A program made the position numbers and the translations under genes. A stretch of 64,000 bases of DNA from Naegleria gruberi (taxonomy: Eukaryota), in the NCBI GenBank assembly GCA_000004985.1, contig GG738848.1; one strand, written 5' to 3'. The notes under the pieces were generated by a model. The model did no database searches and was not told the origin of the DNA. It saw nothing but the letters and a program-made list of their open reading frames with translations. This document shows positions 10,508 to 21,707 of the stretch, one piece after another (the first letter of the stretch is position 1; each line of letters begins with the position of its first letter).

Positions 10508-12382
10508 TTATTTCAAACCATCTAAACACAATTTTAAATCATTTTTAGAACAGGGCTTTAAGAGAATTTTGTCGAAAATTTCTCTACTTTGTTCTTCCTC
10601 TGCCGTCAGAACATTTCCTGTGATTAAAATTAGTTTGAAACTATTTCCGTATAATCTCCTTAATTCTTTTCCTGCTTCCAATCCGTTCATATTGGGCATA
10701 TTCTATTTACGCATAGTATTATATATTAATATCAATTAAATATTGGTAATGAAACAAACCATATCTGTAAATACAATTTTGTGATTTTTGTAATTGTCTA
10801 AAAGCTCGCGTCCATCTGAAACTGAATCTGCAGCATATCCCAAGGTACTGAGCATTTTTAAAAGGATTTTTCTATTAACTGGATTATCTTCTGCGAGTAT
10901 GATTTCATTTTCTGATTGTTTGGAACTGGAAGCAGCTGATGAAAGTCTTAAATGTTCCTCATGAATTGTCAATTGTGACTCTACAATCCGTTCCACTGTT
11001 ACTGATTCATTATCAACAAAGTCAGCAAGTTCAAATGGTATTGTAACAGCAAAGTCACTTCCAACTCCAACTGTTGAGTCAACATTAATGGTTCCTTTCA
11101 TATGATTTAATAATATGGAAACAGTTGTTAATCCTAATCCCGAACTTGGTACCTTTGATTCATTATTATTATCCAGTTGGACAAATGGCTCAAATATTTT
11201 GGAAATCAATTCTTTAGGAATTCCCTTTCCCTTGTCTGATATTTTAAATTCAATTTTGGCTGATTTTTCATTCTTTTCCAAGATAGTAGCAGTTAGAGTT
11301 ACATTTGATTTAGGCTTGGATGCCTTGATAGAGTTAGTTAATAAATTAGAGAGTATTTGATAAATGTAAGATCTGTTGCTTTTCACTATCGTATGTGAGA
11401 GTGAATCACAAATAAAATTTAGGTTGATTTCGAATTGCTTTGCATATCCTGAAATAATATTTTGAAGATCAAAGAGACATTTTTCCAGTTCAAAACTTTC
11501 CTTCTTAATTTCATGATCAATTTTTTCTTGGTTAGTTTCATTCTCAATTCTAATTATTTGCAAAATATCCTCAATTAATAGAAGTAAAACATTGTTCGAG
11601 GAAAGGGCCATATCCACTAATTCTGTTTGTGATGAATTTAATTTAGTTTCCTTCAGTAATTCTAAGCATCCTCTGCTTGACATTATAGGACATCTAAATT
11701 CATGTGAGACATGACTCAGAAATGTATTCCTGACCGTTAAAGCTTCCTCCAATTTGGCCCTAGTTTGCTCCAACTTTTCAACCTTCATTGATAGGTATCC
11801 AGTTACGTTGACCAAACTATAAGTTAAAATCCAAAACGAGGCAGCCAATCCAAATGATTCACACAATGAAGTAATCATGTCTACCGTTAATCCGTTAGCA
11901 ATATAGTCCACTATCCCAGTATAAATTCCACATGAAACAAACAGTGTAGTAAAATATAGAGTTGGTATCAGTCCCAGAACTGTTGATTGTAAATACCACT
12001 TATTCTCAAATAGTAACCATATTATCACAGCAGGAATGAACAAAATCTTATTCGATTTGAACAAGAAATACCGTATAGTTGCCGAAACAACCCTTCCCAG
12101 CAGAATATGCCAATCCATTGTCTTGGTTGTATCCTCATTATTTAAAATATTGGCAAGACTCGATCTATTAGAAACAAACAAAAACAAGGCTATTGAAATA
12201 TTCAACAAATTCCCTATCCAATCCAAAGAAACCAATCCATATACTATTGCCAATACATTACAAATCATTAAACTCAAAACAACTCCTTTAGGTGATGAAA
12301 TCATCCTTAACAATTTCAATTCCCATTCACTTCCTTTCCTAGCTGCCACAAAATCATATACTTTAAATTCTTTCCTATTCAT
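10508..12382 (-). CDS. Hybrid histidine kinase (multi-pass N-terminal membrane region, HisKA, HATPase_c, receiver domain). Exons 12382..10760 and 10702..10508, with a 57-nt intron that uses a GTTTGT donor.
   Basis: H-box is SHEFRCP. The ATPase region contains NLLTNSIKAS...GLGLTTV. The receiver domain starts ILAEDNPVNRKILLKMLSTLGYAADSVSDG. Splicing rebuilds ...IVFTDM|NMPNMNGLEAG, which matches the DxxMPxMxG consensus. Confidence 0.8.
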
Positions 12383-12862
12383 CCACGATGGTTTTTCCCT
12401 CCGTCTTGTATTATTAATATGTATGCAATGATTATCATCAATAATATTTCTTTACATATTTCCGATCTAAATAATTAAAAAACATACTCCAAATTTACAA
12501 CAGGTCGATAATTATCTTGCTGCAGCTGCTCTGATGATGTACCGTTTGCGTTTGTTGAAGAATTTTCACCACTGCTAACATGATTAGTAGAAGTTGGACT
12601 TTGGTGCGTGGGCATTTTTTTGTTATTATTATTCAATTTAAACAAGTTTGGAATTTTTACAGCGCACAATGCAAAAATGAACTACAAACAAGAATGGTAC
12701 AAAAATCTCCATAGATGAATAGATTCCACAAATGCGGAGATGCTCCTAAGTAGGAGAACTAGCATAGTTACGCAGACTTCCTTAGTTTTCCTAAAGTTAA
12801 AAACTTGGCGGAGACATGCTGTGATGGATACAAATATTACACAATTTTTATTATTGACAATT

Positions 12863-13949
12863 TTAATCAAGGAAACCTTGAACTTTCTTTGAAGTGTAGG
12901 CACTTTGTAAGTATTCAACTTCTTCCTTGGTCAACTCAATTTCACAAGCAGCAACACTCAATTCTACATTTGCTTCCTTAGTTGCTCCAATGATTGGACT
13001 TGCAACTCCTGGCTTTGCTAATAACCAAGCGATGGCAATTTGAGCGGGAGTGTAGTTTCTCTTTTTAGCAATTTCTGAAACTCTTCTCATTGTTTCTTTG
13101 TCGCCTTCTGTCAATTGCTCAATCATTTGTTTTTGGAAGAAATCAGAGGTTGATCTTTTGGATTCTCCTTCAATTCGTTCAGTTTCGACAAAGTCATGAG
13201 CTCTAGCTAACATTCCATTAGAGAGAGGACCCCAAGGAGTGAGAGAAACCTTTTGATCGACACAGAGTGGTACCATTTCTCTTTCCTCTTCTCTGTAGAG
13301 TAAATTATACAGATTTTGCATGGAAATAAACTTGGTTAAACCTTTAGTTTCAGCATAATGTTGAGCTTTAGCAAATTGCCAAGCAAACATTGTAGAAGCG
13401 CCAATGTATCTGACCTTTCCTGACTTAACAAGTTCATGAAGAGTTTGCATGGTTTCTTCAATTGGAGTATCCTTATCCCAACGATGAATAATATACAAAT
13501 CAATATCTGAAACCATTAGTTTAGAATAAAACAAAGCAGAATAACTTACAATCAGTTCCCAATCTTTCCAAAGAGTCCTCAACAGCTTGCAAAATATGCT
13601 TTCTTGAAAGACCATGAGAATTAGGTTTCTTTTCCTTGCTAAGCAAAAGTATTTTTTGTTCACCTGATTTGTCAACTGGACCAAAAACTTTGGTAGCAAT
13701 CACAACTTGTTCTCTTGGAATGTTGTTTTCCTTAATAAATTTACCCAAGATTCTTTCACTATCTCCATTGCTATAGATATTGGCAGTATCAAAGAAGTTG
13801 ATTCCCAAGTCCCAAGCTTTCTTAAGAATTGGCATTGAGGCACTTTCGTCCAATACCCAATCTGCAAATTTTGGAGAACCGAAACTCATACAACCCAAGC
13901 TGAGTTGAGAAACCTTCAAACCAGAATTACCCAAGTTAACGTATTTCAT
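12863..13949 (-). CDS. Aldo-keto reductase (aryl-alcohol dehydrogenase / Kv-beta-like). Exons about 13949..13550 and about 13506..12863, with a 43-nt intron (GTAAGT..CAG, phase 1).
   Basis: Exon 1 ends ...GINFFDTANIYSNG...LERLGTD. Exon 2 begins YIDLYIIHRWDKDTP. Two overlapping track ORFs in different frames are joined by this intron. Coordinates here may be off by 1. Confidence 0.8.
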
Positions 13950-14350
13950 ATTGATTATTTTATCAGATTGATCGCTTGATATTTTTACAAGTTTAGATAA
14001 ACAAAACGAATGTATTAATTATTTTGTTTTTTTGTGTTTTGAAATTGATTTTTGGTTTTGAATCGTTTGGAATTAAAGGTGAAAATTTGTGCTATGAATT
14101 TGTACGCGCATGATTAAGGATTTGCAACTTGTTGTTTCATATGGTTGCGAACAATGTTAGTGCGTACAAATTTAATGGACCTCGTAATAAATATATCGAA
14201 ATGTTTTACATTCTCCACATGCTCTGTATTCATAATGTTCCTGATCTGAATTTAAAATTAACAAAGAAATGCCAGTTAATATTGTAAAGTATTTAAGTTT
14301 GAAATTTACACACAAAACCTTGTCAATGTTCAATTGGCAATCAGAATAAA

Positions 14351-14920
14351 ATGTCTCTATCATACTCTCCTTCTGCCGCTGGTCTAAACCACAAACGCTT
14401 CACTCCCGATAATCCACTCATCATTGTTAGGAGGGTCAGAGCACCAACTGATGATCGGCCCAATATCAATGCTCAATTGGCTCCAATATTTGGACCTCTA
14501 GGAGTTTCTCCAAGAAGGGTAGGAGATCAATTGGCAAAATTTGTAAAATCTTTGAATTGGACAGCCAAGCACATCCGTGTTCGATTCATAATTAAAACAT
14601 TTTCACAATTAGATTTGGAATTGGCAGAACATTCACCACTGACGATTATTTCGAATTTAGCAGAGCCTCAACAAGTAGCTTTGGGAACTTATGCAATTCA
14701 TGATGGAAATTTAACGTTTGATCAAGTGATTCAAATTGCACAGAGTAAAAAACCAAGTAAGACTGCAAGAAATTTGACAGCAAAAGTGAAGGAAGTTTTG
14801 GGAACTTGTGTGAGTATTGGATGTACAGTGAATGGAGAGGAGCCACGAATGGTCTTGATGCAAATCAATAATGGAAGTACTGCCTATCAAATTCCAGAAA
14901 GTAATAGCTCAGATAAATGA
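14351..14920 (+). CDS. Highly divergent uL11 / RPL12-family ribosomal protein paralog.
   Basis: LAPIFGPLGVSPRRVGDQLAK, NLTFDQVIQIAQ and KEVLGTCVSIGCTVNG align with eukaryotic RPL12 blocks GPLGLSPKKVGDDIAK, NITFDEIVNIAR and KEILGTAQSVGCNVDG. By eye the identity is only about 35%. Confidence 0.65.
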   Translation: MSLSYSPSAAGLNHKRFTPDNPLIIVRRVRAPTDDRPNINAQLAPIFGPLGVSPRRVGDQLAKFVKSLNWTAKHIRVRFIIKTFSQLDLELAEHSPLTIISNLAEPQQVALGTYAIHDGNLTFDQVIQIAQSKKPSKTARNLTAKVKEVLGTCVSIGCTVNGEEPRMVLMQINNGSTAYQIPESNSSDK

Positions 14921-15123
14921 GAAAATCAAAATACTACAACTTTAATTGAGCTTTCGAATTTTTAAACATAAGAATTGATAATTCCTAAATTATTTACTAA
15001 CTAACGCCAGTACCCAGAAATATCTCAGTAGTTACTATTAGAATTCTTAGTGTTCTTTATTTTTGAAAAATTTTTATCAAGATGAACTTGGGAAAACAAG
15101 TTCAAAAATACTAAGAGAAAAAA

Positions 15124-16113
15124 ATGGCGCAACATCATTTGGTGGTTCTTATTCATGGATTGCAAGGTAATACAGGCCATATGAAGTTTATGGAGGATCG
15201 GTTCAAAAAATTGAATCAAGAGGAAGAGTATCGGGAGGAAAATTATATAGTTTTTAATATGAAAGCAAATGACGATAAGGATACTTGGTCAAATAATTGG
15301 AGTAAAACAGGTGATGGTATTCAGAATGGAGGGGATCGATTGATTTCCGAATTAAAGGAAAGAATTGAGGGAAAGGTGGATGAGTTTGATGAAAAAGTTG
15401 AACACAAGATTTCATTTGTTGGTTCTTCTTTGGGAGGATTGTACTGTAGATATGTAATGGGTTCATTGTTTGATAATGAAAAAGAAAAGATTGTTGTTCA
15501 GCTAAAGGAGAAGTGTTTTATTTTCCAATTGGAAAATTATGTAGCCATGGCATCTCCTCTCATTTCTGTCAGATGCCTTGTGAGCACATTCTTTCACTAT
15601 GGAATGAAAGCATTTTTTTATAAGGGAACGGGAAATGAAATGCTGTTGGATGATTCTAATCAATCAGAGGAAGCAATGATTTGTAAATTAGCCTCCCCAA
15701 AACTCAATTATTATCAGGCATTGAAATCATGTAAGAGGAGAATTGCTCTCTGCAGTTGTAAAAAGGATGAAACGAAAGTGGCCTATCAGTCTTCTGCCAT
15801 AGCCCCATACAGAGATATTTCAGATAATCAGACAGATAAGAGTAAGCCTCTACCTCATTTAAAATCCAAACTAGTTAAAAGTGTATGTTATGATGAAGAA
15901 GGAGCTTTCATTGAGGATTTAAAAAACGTAGACAAGTCACGATTCTATTTCAATGGCGATTCAAAGGCAACATGGATTGCGAAACTGATTTCAAACTTAA
16001 GACAAATGAGCTGGATGAGAGCAGATGTAGATTTGTATCATGCACAAGCAGCTATCGTGAATGAAAACAGATCAGAAATAGCAGATCTTGTCCTTAAATT
16101 ATGGACTTTATAG
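15124..16113 (+). CDS. DUF676-type putative serine esterase/lipase.
   Basis: HLVVLIHGLQGNTGHM and ISFVGSSLGGLYCRY, a GxSxG nucleophile elbow. Confidence 0.65.
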   Translation: MAQHHLVVLIHGLQGNTGHMKFMEDRFKKLNQEEEYREENYIVFNMKANDDKDTWSNNWSKTGDGIQNGGDRLISELKERIEGKVDEFDEKVEHKISFVGSSLGGLYCRYVMGSLFDNEKEKIVVQLKEKCFIFQLENYVAMASPLISVRCLVSTFFHYGMKAFFYKGTGNEMLLDDSNQSEEAMICKLASPKLNYYQALKSCKRRIALCSCKKDETKVAYQSSAIAPYRDISDNQTDKSKPLPHLKSKLVKSVCYDEEGAFIEDLKNVDKSRFYFNGDSKATWIAKLISNLRQMSWMRADVDLYHAQAAIVNENRSEIADLVLKLWTL

Positions 16114-16225
16114 CATCACTGAATACAGCCTGAGAACATATTCCAAAATCTCAATTTCATTGCTTTTAAATTTGACATGATTGTCCTCTTATTCCTTCTA
16201 TTTTCGTGCAGAAAAGGGCAAAAGT

Positions 16226-16298
16226 TGGGGTCTGTGAGGATCGAACTCACGACCTTAGGATTATGAGACCTACGCGCTACCGACTGCGCCAAGACCCC
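16226..16298 (-). tRNA. tRNA-Met (elongator, anticodon CAU).
   Basis: Cloverleaf GGGGTCT..AGACCCC, anticodon loop CTCATAA, T-loop TTCGATC, 73 nt. Confidence 0.85.
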
Positions 16299-16447
16299 GA
16301 CACATTATATACCTATTACAGTTTCTTCATTAACCTTAACTGAGTTCCTAGGTTTACCTAATAGGAACAGTTTTATGAATATTGACAATTAATGTATGAA
16401 TTGGGTTGATATTTCAATAATGTGATATGATTTATAATAAACTTTTG

Positions 16448-17272
16448 TTAAACAATTAATCCACACATGGCAACAATTGCAATTACAATCAAAGACAATG
16501 AAAATGAACCAGTTGTTGAATTTTGTCTTCCAGTGGATGTAGAACCAGCTCCAATACTAACACTTCCACCACCAATGACTTCAGTATCCAAGTATTTACC
16601 TTTTACAAAAATATATACTGAACTCTTGCTTGTTTGAGAGTTGAGTGATAATCCAGAGAATGTAACCTTTCCATCAGTCAATTGTCTAGTACTAACTCCA
16701 TTCAATGTAACACTAGAATCATCTAAACTCAAAGTGACTGGCATTGAATAATTCACATTCGAAAAGGTAACATCAAGTGAGAACACTTCTCCAGAATTAA
16801 ACGAAACCTTTGGCAATTTGGCAGTCAAATAGTGATCTGGTGAGCAACTCTGAGTAATTGCATATCTTGCCATACAACCTCCATCAGTTCCACAAGAGAT
16901 CACCAAAAACAACTTATTATATGGAGAAATACTTGCAGACTTGGCATCTAATCCTGAACAAGCCACTGGAAACATGGTTGAGTAAACAGAAGAAGCACTC
17001 TTACCAGAGACATACTTGTTATATTCAACTTCAGAGTAGGTATCATAGTAGAATGAGCTGTTTTGTTGTGGAGAATCGATGTATAAATTTAATCTTTCAA
17101 AGTGACTTCCTGCACTACATGTCAAATTTCTGACATGAGCTTGATATTGTTTTAATGGAACTGGACATTGAGAGTTGCCAGAGCAAAGACATTTATCACA
17201 GCTGCAGGCGTTAGAGTTGTGGATAGTAAAAAGGAGAGCAATGAGAGCAAGTAAAAGAATGACAGCTTTCAT
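16448..17272 (-). CDS. Secreted or GPI-anchored Ser/Thr-rich cell-surface protein with a Cys-rich N-terminus.
   Basis: Signal peptide MKAVILLLALIALLF from aaaaaaaatATG, a Ser/Thr-rich body, and a C-terminal hydrophobic tail SLSLIVIAIVAMCGLIV. Confidence 0.5.
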   Translation of the reverse strand: MKAVILLLALIALLFTIHNSNACSCDKCLCSGNSQCPVPLKQYQAHVRNLTCSAGSHFERLNLYIDSPQQNSSFYYDTYSEVEYNKYVSGKSASSVYSTMFPVACSGLDAKSASISPYNKLFLVISCGTDGGCMARYAITQSCSPDHYLTAKLPKVSFNSGEVFSLDVTFSNVNYSMPVTLSLDDSSVTLNGVSTRQLTDGKVTFSGLSLNSQTSKSSVYIFVKGKYLDTEVIGGGSVSIGAGSTSTGRQNSTTGSFSLSLIVIAIVAMCGLIV

Positions 17273-17761
17273 ATTTTTTTTGAATGAATTAAATGTCAAA
17301 ATGCCTGAGAGTCACATTTCAATATGATGCAATTATTCTTGAAAAGGTAAACGCTCTTTTTTGAGTATTTGCAAAGAATTTTGTGAATGAATCTCATTTG
17401 TAAACTTTGTATCTACAGTTTCGAATAAAAATAATATGACCTGGTTCCTATTAGAACATTAACTTGCTTTCGTTTTGAACTTTCTTCATCAATTCAAAGC
17501 TTCTTGATGTTTACATCTTCTATCGAATAAAAATAAAAACTCTTCTGAAATTCAACACAATATTTTTCTTTACAATTAGAAATAATTGATAAGAATCGGG
17601 AAGGAATGTTATTATTTTGAAATTGATTGCATTGGAAACAATTAAATCACCGCACTGAATAATGAAATATTTAAACGGACTATTTTTAAAATAAATTTTT
17701 AAAATTAAAAAAAATAGATAACACCCAACACTTTTGATAACTGACACATTTTTACATCATC

Positions 17762-19381
17762 ATGATGAAATTACACCGAAGACATAATTCTTCCACCATC
17801 AACCTAGAACAACTAAGTCAAACTTACGAATTTCCATTTGAAGCTATTTTTGATGTTCCGGAAGCTAAAGAGGAATTTAGATTATATCTCAAAAAAGAAC
17901 ACAATGAAGAACCATTTATGTTTTTTGAAGATGTTGAAGAATTTAAAAGATTGAAATTTGAAGAAAACAAAACTAAAAAGGCAATCACAATTTTAAAAAC
18001 CTACATTTTACCAAATAGTCAACACGAAATTAATATTTCAAGTCAACAAAGACAATCAATTATTGAAGAATTTGAGAAGGTTTCACAATTGTTGAATGAT
18101 AAGCATTTATTGGTTAATGAAGGTATTTATGATGAGGTTCAAACAAGTGTATTCTATAGTTTGAAGAATGACAATTATCCAAGATTTACCTCATCGACAC
18201 ATTTCAAGAATTTCATCAAGCACAAGGATGCTGCATTTATTTCATCAATTGCAGTTAAAAAATCAACCAAATATATGGAATATATTCCTAAATTTGATGG
18301 ATTAGTTACAGATAGAGATATTACATTCTTTTCATTTATGAGTTTCAATTTTGATATGGATGTTTGGGATGAAGTTAATATTGGTATGTTTTATGAACGA
18401 ATTATTATGATTGAAATTATTAAAATGTGATAATTAGCAAAGGGTGGTAAGAGAGCTTGTTACATGTCTAAAAAGGAATTCCATTTCAATGATAAATCAA
18501 TTGAATCATTGACTGAACATAATCATTTCCAAAAAGAGAATGGAAAGTTGTTAAAGCAAGTATTTATTTTGCCATGTACTAAGGAAGAAGCCTTTACAGT
18601 GTTTTCACATACCCATCTAAGAAAGGAAATTATGGGACTTGAAGGCATTAATCAAATAGATTTTATACCAATTTCACCTCAAAACAAGTATGCCCATTCG
18701 ATTACTCATTTACAAATTAATATGAAAGGATTTTCATGGATTTTAAAACCTAGAGATGCTGTCGTTGCCTTGACATCTGTTGTTGATACAAAGAGAGGTT
18801 GCTATTCCCTCATGTTGAAATCAACGGAATCAACCCAAATGCCTGAAAAGAAAACTCATGTAAGAGCTCAAATGTTGACCAGTGGATTTTTTACAGATTG
18901 TTCTCCAACGGATGAAATCATCTCATACAAGGAACAAAAGAAGAGATTAAGGTCTCCTCAAGCTGAATCATCCCAGAAAAATAATGCTAGCTCTTCATCA
19001 CTTTCTAGACATAGCTCTTCATCACTCTCTAGACATAGCTCAACATCAGAAGAAGACGAAACCGAAAGTGAAGAATCATTTGGAAATGTTGAACATGCAT
19101 GCAAATTGATTTTGGTTTCTTATATTGATCTCAAAACTTTACAATCAGATTTTATTAGAAAGAAAGTTATTAGTGCTAAAAACAAACATTGCTATACCAA
19201 TTTCCTCTCAGCAATTCAAGAACAACGCCAATATGGGTTTAAGAGACCTAAATTCTCTGAGGGTCTACTAGAAACTCTTGATGCATTTAAATCGACTTAC
19301 TTGATAGATACACATGCTGAAATAACTTGGAATATGGAAGAAGAAGATGCTGAATCTTCTATGCACGAATTGATACACTGA
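17762..19381 (+). CDS. RGS-domain protein with a C-terminal START/Bet v1-like lipid-binding-like domain. Exons 17762..18383 and 18438..19381, with a 54-nt GTATGT..TAG intron.
   Basis: RGS region: FEAIFDVPEAKEEFRLYLKKEHNEEPFMFFEDVEEFKRL...YPRFTSS. The second ORF contains SWILKPRDAVVALTSVVDTKRGCYSLMLKS...VRAQMLTSGFF. The intron joins the frames as ...DEVNI|AKGGKRACYMSKKEF. Confidence 0.55.
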
Positions 19382-19540
19382 GATGGCTCTTGTTAAAAAT
19401 AAATAGTAAAAGAATACATTCCTTTATTAAGTTTACAGTAGAGGTTCATGATTGAAATATCACAAGTACACCGTTGTTGTTTCAAGGTTAATTTCGATAT
19501 TAAGGTTAATGGAGAAACTGGAAAAGGTATATAATGTGTC

Positions 19541-19613
19541 GGGGTCTTGGCGCAGTCGGTAGCGCGTAGGTCTCATAATCCTAAGGTCGTGAGTTCGATC
19601 CTCACAGACCCCA
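19541..19613 (+). tRNA. tRNA-Met (elongator, CAU), inverted copy of the gene at 16226..16298.
   Basis: Same sequence as the 16226 gene. About 45 bp of 5' flank is also conserved in inverted orientation. Confidence 0.85.
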
Positions 19614-19937
19614 TCTTTTTTGCATCCTTTAATTTCCAACAATGAGTGGACAATAAGTCCATAATTACACAACTTTCAGGATAATCCTTAAAACATCAAC
19701 TTCAATCAGTGAAATATGTTAATAACCCTTAGGTCAACCTTGATGTATTTCTAAAACTGTCACTTCACTTTAGCATAGTACTTTTTAATGTATTTTGCGT
19801 TAAAATGAGGCGCAAGTGCAGATAGGAACACTATCTCAATCCCTCTTTCAACTCTTCTGCAAAATGAAATCTTGGGTTTAGTGATTTTCCAAAAACAAAT
19901 AGACGGATATGTCAGAAATTTGTTATTAATAATGTTA

Positions 19938-20009
19938 GGGACCATGGTCTAGTGGTATGATTTTTGCTTTGGGTGCGAGAGGCCGTGGGTTCGATTCCCA
20001 CTGGTCCCC
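19938..20009 (+). tRNA. tRNA-Pro (UGG).
   Basis: GGGACCA..TGGTCCC acceptor and anticodon loop CTTTGGGT. Matches the canonical eukaryotic tRNA-Pro. Confidence 0.85.
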
Positions 20010-20102
20010 TTATCTTTTGTTTTAAAAGAAATCATTAAGGTACAGTTTTGCAAACCTCAGTAATATTTTTAGAACATTTCAATTCCAAAATTGTAAAATG
20101 TC

Positions 20103-20174
20103 TAGCAAATCTAGGTTTCGATCCTAGGACCTATGGGTTATGAGCCCATCGCGCTTCCGCTGCGCCAATTTGCT
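20103..20174 (-). tRNA. Initiator tRNA-Met (CAU).
   Basis: AGCAAAT..ATTTGCT acceptor, GGCGCAGCGGAAGCGC D-arm, GGGCTCATAACCC anticodon arm, and the initiator-type T-loop GATCGAAACC. Confidence 0.85.
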
Positions 20175-20332
20175 TTGCATTTCTTTTCTTAAAGTTTTTA
20201 TTCTAATTGATATTGGCCAAGTGATGAAAGTGAATTGAGGCAACATTAGCTTTTCACTTTGCAAAGATAAAATTTATTCAAGATTGGAAGAGAAATTTGT
20301 GGAATTATTCTATGAAGGAATTACAGTATTAT

Positions 20333-20971
20333 TTATTGTTGTCCTGAAACAGCTTTCCATGAAGGTCTTGATGAAATCTTTTCCCACCAAGCTTTAACAA
20401 GTGGACGATCCAACAATAAATTACCCAATCCAATAGCGAACAACAAGTTTCCATATGGTAAGTGATACAAATCGGCTAAGGTGAATTGATTTCCACCAAT
20501 GAATTCTTGTTTAGCCAACACTTTTTCATAGGCATCCAAATTGAGTGCTAACTTTTCACTCAATTGTTTGACACGAGCTTCATCAGCAGCTCCATATCCC
20601 ATCATTCCCTTAAATAACTTTTCGAAAACTAAACCAGAAGCATTTGAATCAAAGTAAGCAGTTTCAATGGAAGCACCTTGTTCGAATAGACCCAAAGCTT
20701 TGAGCTCAGTTGGAATGAGTTCAGTTCCTTGGCTCTTATGTTTGGCTTCCAAGTAACGACAGATAGCACGAGATTCATAAATCAAGAACCCATCATCTTC
20801 CAAGACTGGAATGACACCAAATGGATGCTTTTCCAAGTAGGATGGTGACTTGTGTTCTCCCTTCATTAAATCAACAGGAACAAGTTCATATTCTAAACCT
20901 TTCTCCTTGATTGTGGTCAAAACACGTTGAACGCAAGTTGATTGAGCAGCACCATAAATTTTGTAGACCAT
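20333..20971 (-). CDS. Glutathione S-transferase (Ser-type, phi/theta-like), copy A.
   Basis: MVYKIYGAAQSTCVQRVLTTIKEKGLEYELVPVDL...HPFGVIPVLEDDGFLIYESRAICRYL, a thioredoxin-like GST N-domain. ATG lies in an acaaaATGg context. Confidence 0.8.
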   Translation of the reverse strand: MVYKIYGAAQSTCVQRVLTTIKEKGLEYELVPVDLMKGEHKSPSYLEKHPFGVIPVLEDDGFLIYESRAICRYLEAKHKSQGTELIPTELKALGLFEQGASIETAYFDSNASGLVFEKLFKGMMGYGAADEARVKQLSEKLALNLDAYEKVLAKQEFIGGNQFTLADLYHLPYGNLLFAIGLGNLLLDRPLVKAWWEKISSRPSWKAVSGQQ

Positions 20972-21307
20972 TTTGTTATTTGTTATTTGTAATAATACAG
21001 TAAAGTTGTTTTTTTGTGATTGAAAATGCATAATCATTAGTGTGAATGCCATTTATGGTGGATTCTGTATCCGAAACCAAAGCGCTGTCGTGAGCACTAA
21101 TTATTGATCTGTGGAATTTGCGCAAGAAATGAGTGCCATTTCATCCTCTTGGATACTTCAAAATCATGTGAGAGAATGATATTTGTACAATTTTAAATAT
21201 TAAGAATACGAATCAACGGATTGAGTAATAGCATACACCCATTTCCTTAAATTCTAAAACATGTACTGGAATAAATGATTTATCTTACTTATTTCAAAGC
21301 AGTTGAT

Positions 21308-21425
21308 GGCTACGGCCATATCACGATGAATGCACCTCATCCCGTCCGATTTGAGAAGTTAAGCATCGTCGAGCCACATCAGTACTGAGGTTGGAGACAA
21401 CTTGGGAACCTGTGGTGCTGTAGTC
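21308..21425 (+). rRNA. 5S rRNA gene, intact.
   Basis: GGCTACGGCCATATCACG...CATCCCGTCCGATTTGAGAAGTTAAGC...GGTTGGAGACAACTTGGGAACCTGTGGTGCTGTAGTC followed by a T-run terminator. Helix I pairing was checked. Confidence 0.85.
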
Positions 21426-21707
21426 TTTTGTCACTTATTTGTTTTATTCATTAGTTTAAAGTTGCCACCTTAATTGAAAGTCTAGTTTGCTTCTCACATT
21501 CTTTCCAATATTCCAAACACCTTCTTTGGATTCAATCATTGACTGAACTGCTCCATCATAAAAATGATTTATTAAGATTCGCTACATGTTCAATATCAAT
21601 AGTTGAACAAGGCATTAAAATTTATTAAAATACCACAAACATTTTGTCATTCTTCACTCCACAACCAACAGAATAAATACTGTGTGCCTTATGCAATTCT
21701 CAAAACC

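Noticed and set aside
13500-13560. A different exon boundary for the AKR intron
   Set aside because: My manual indexing in this line differs by 1 nt from the ORF-track frame. I kept the track-consistent coordinates and flagged them as approximate. The junction sequence (GTD|YIDLYIIH with GTAAGT…CAG) is not in doubt.
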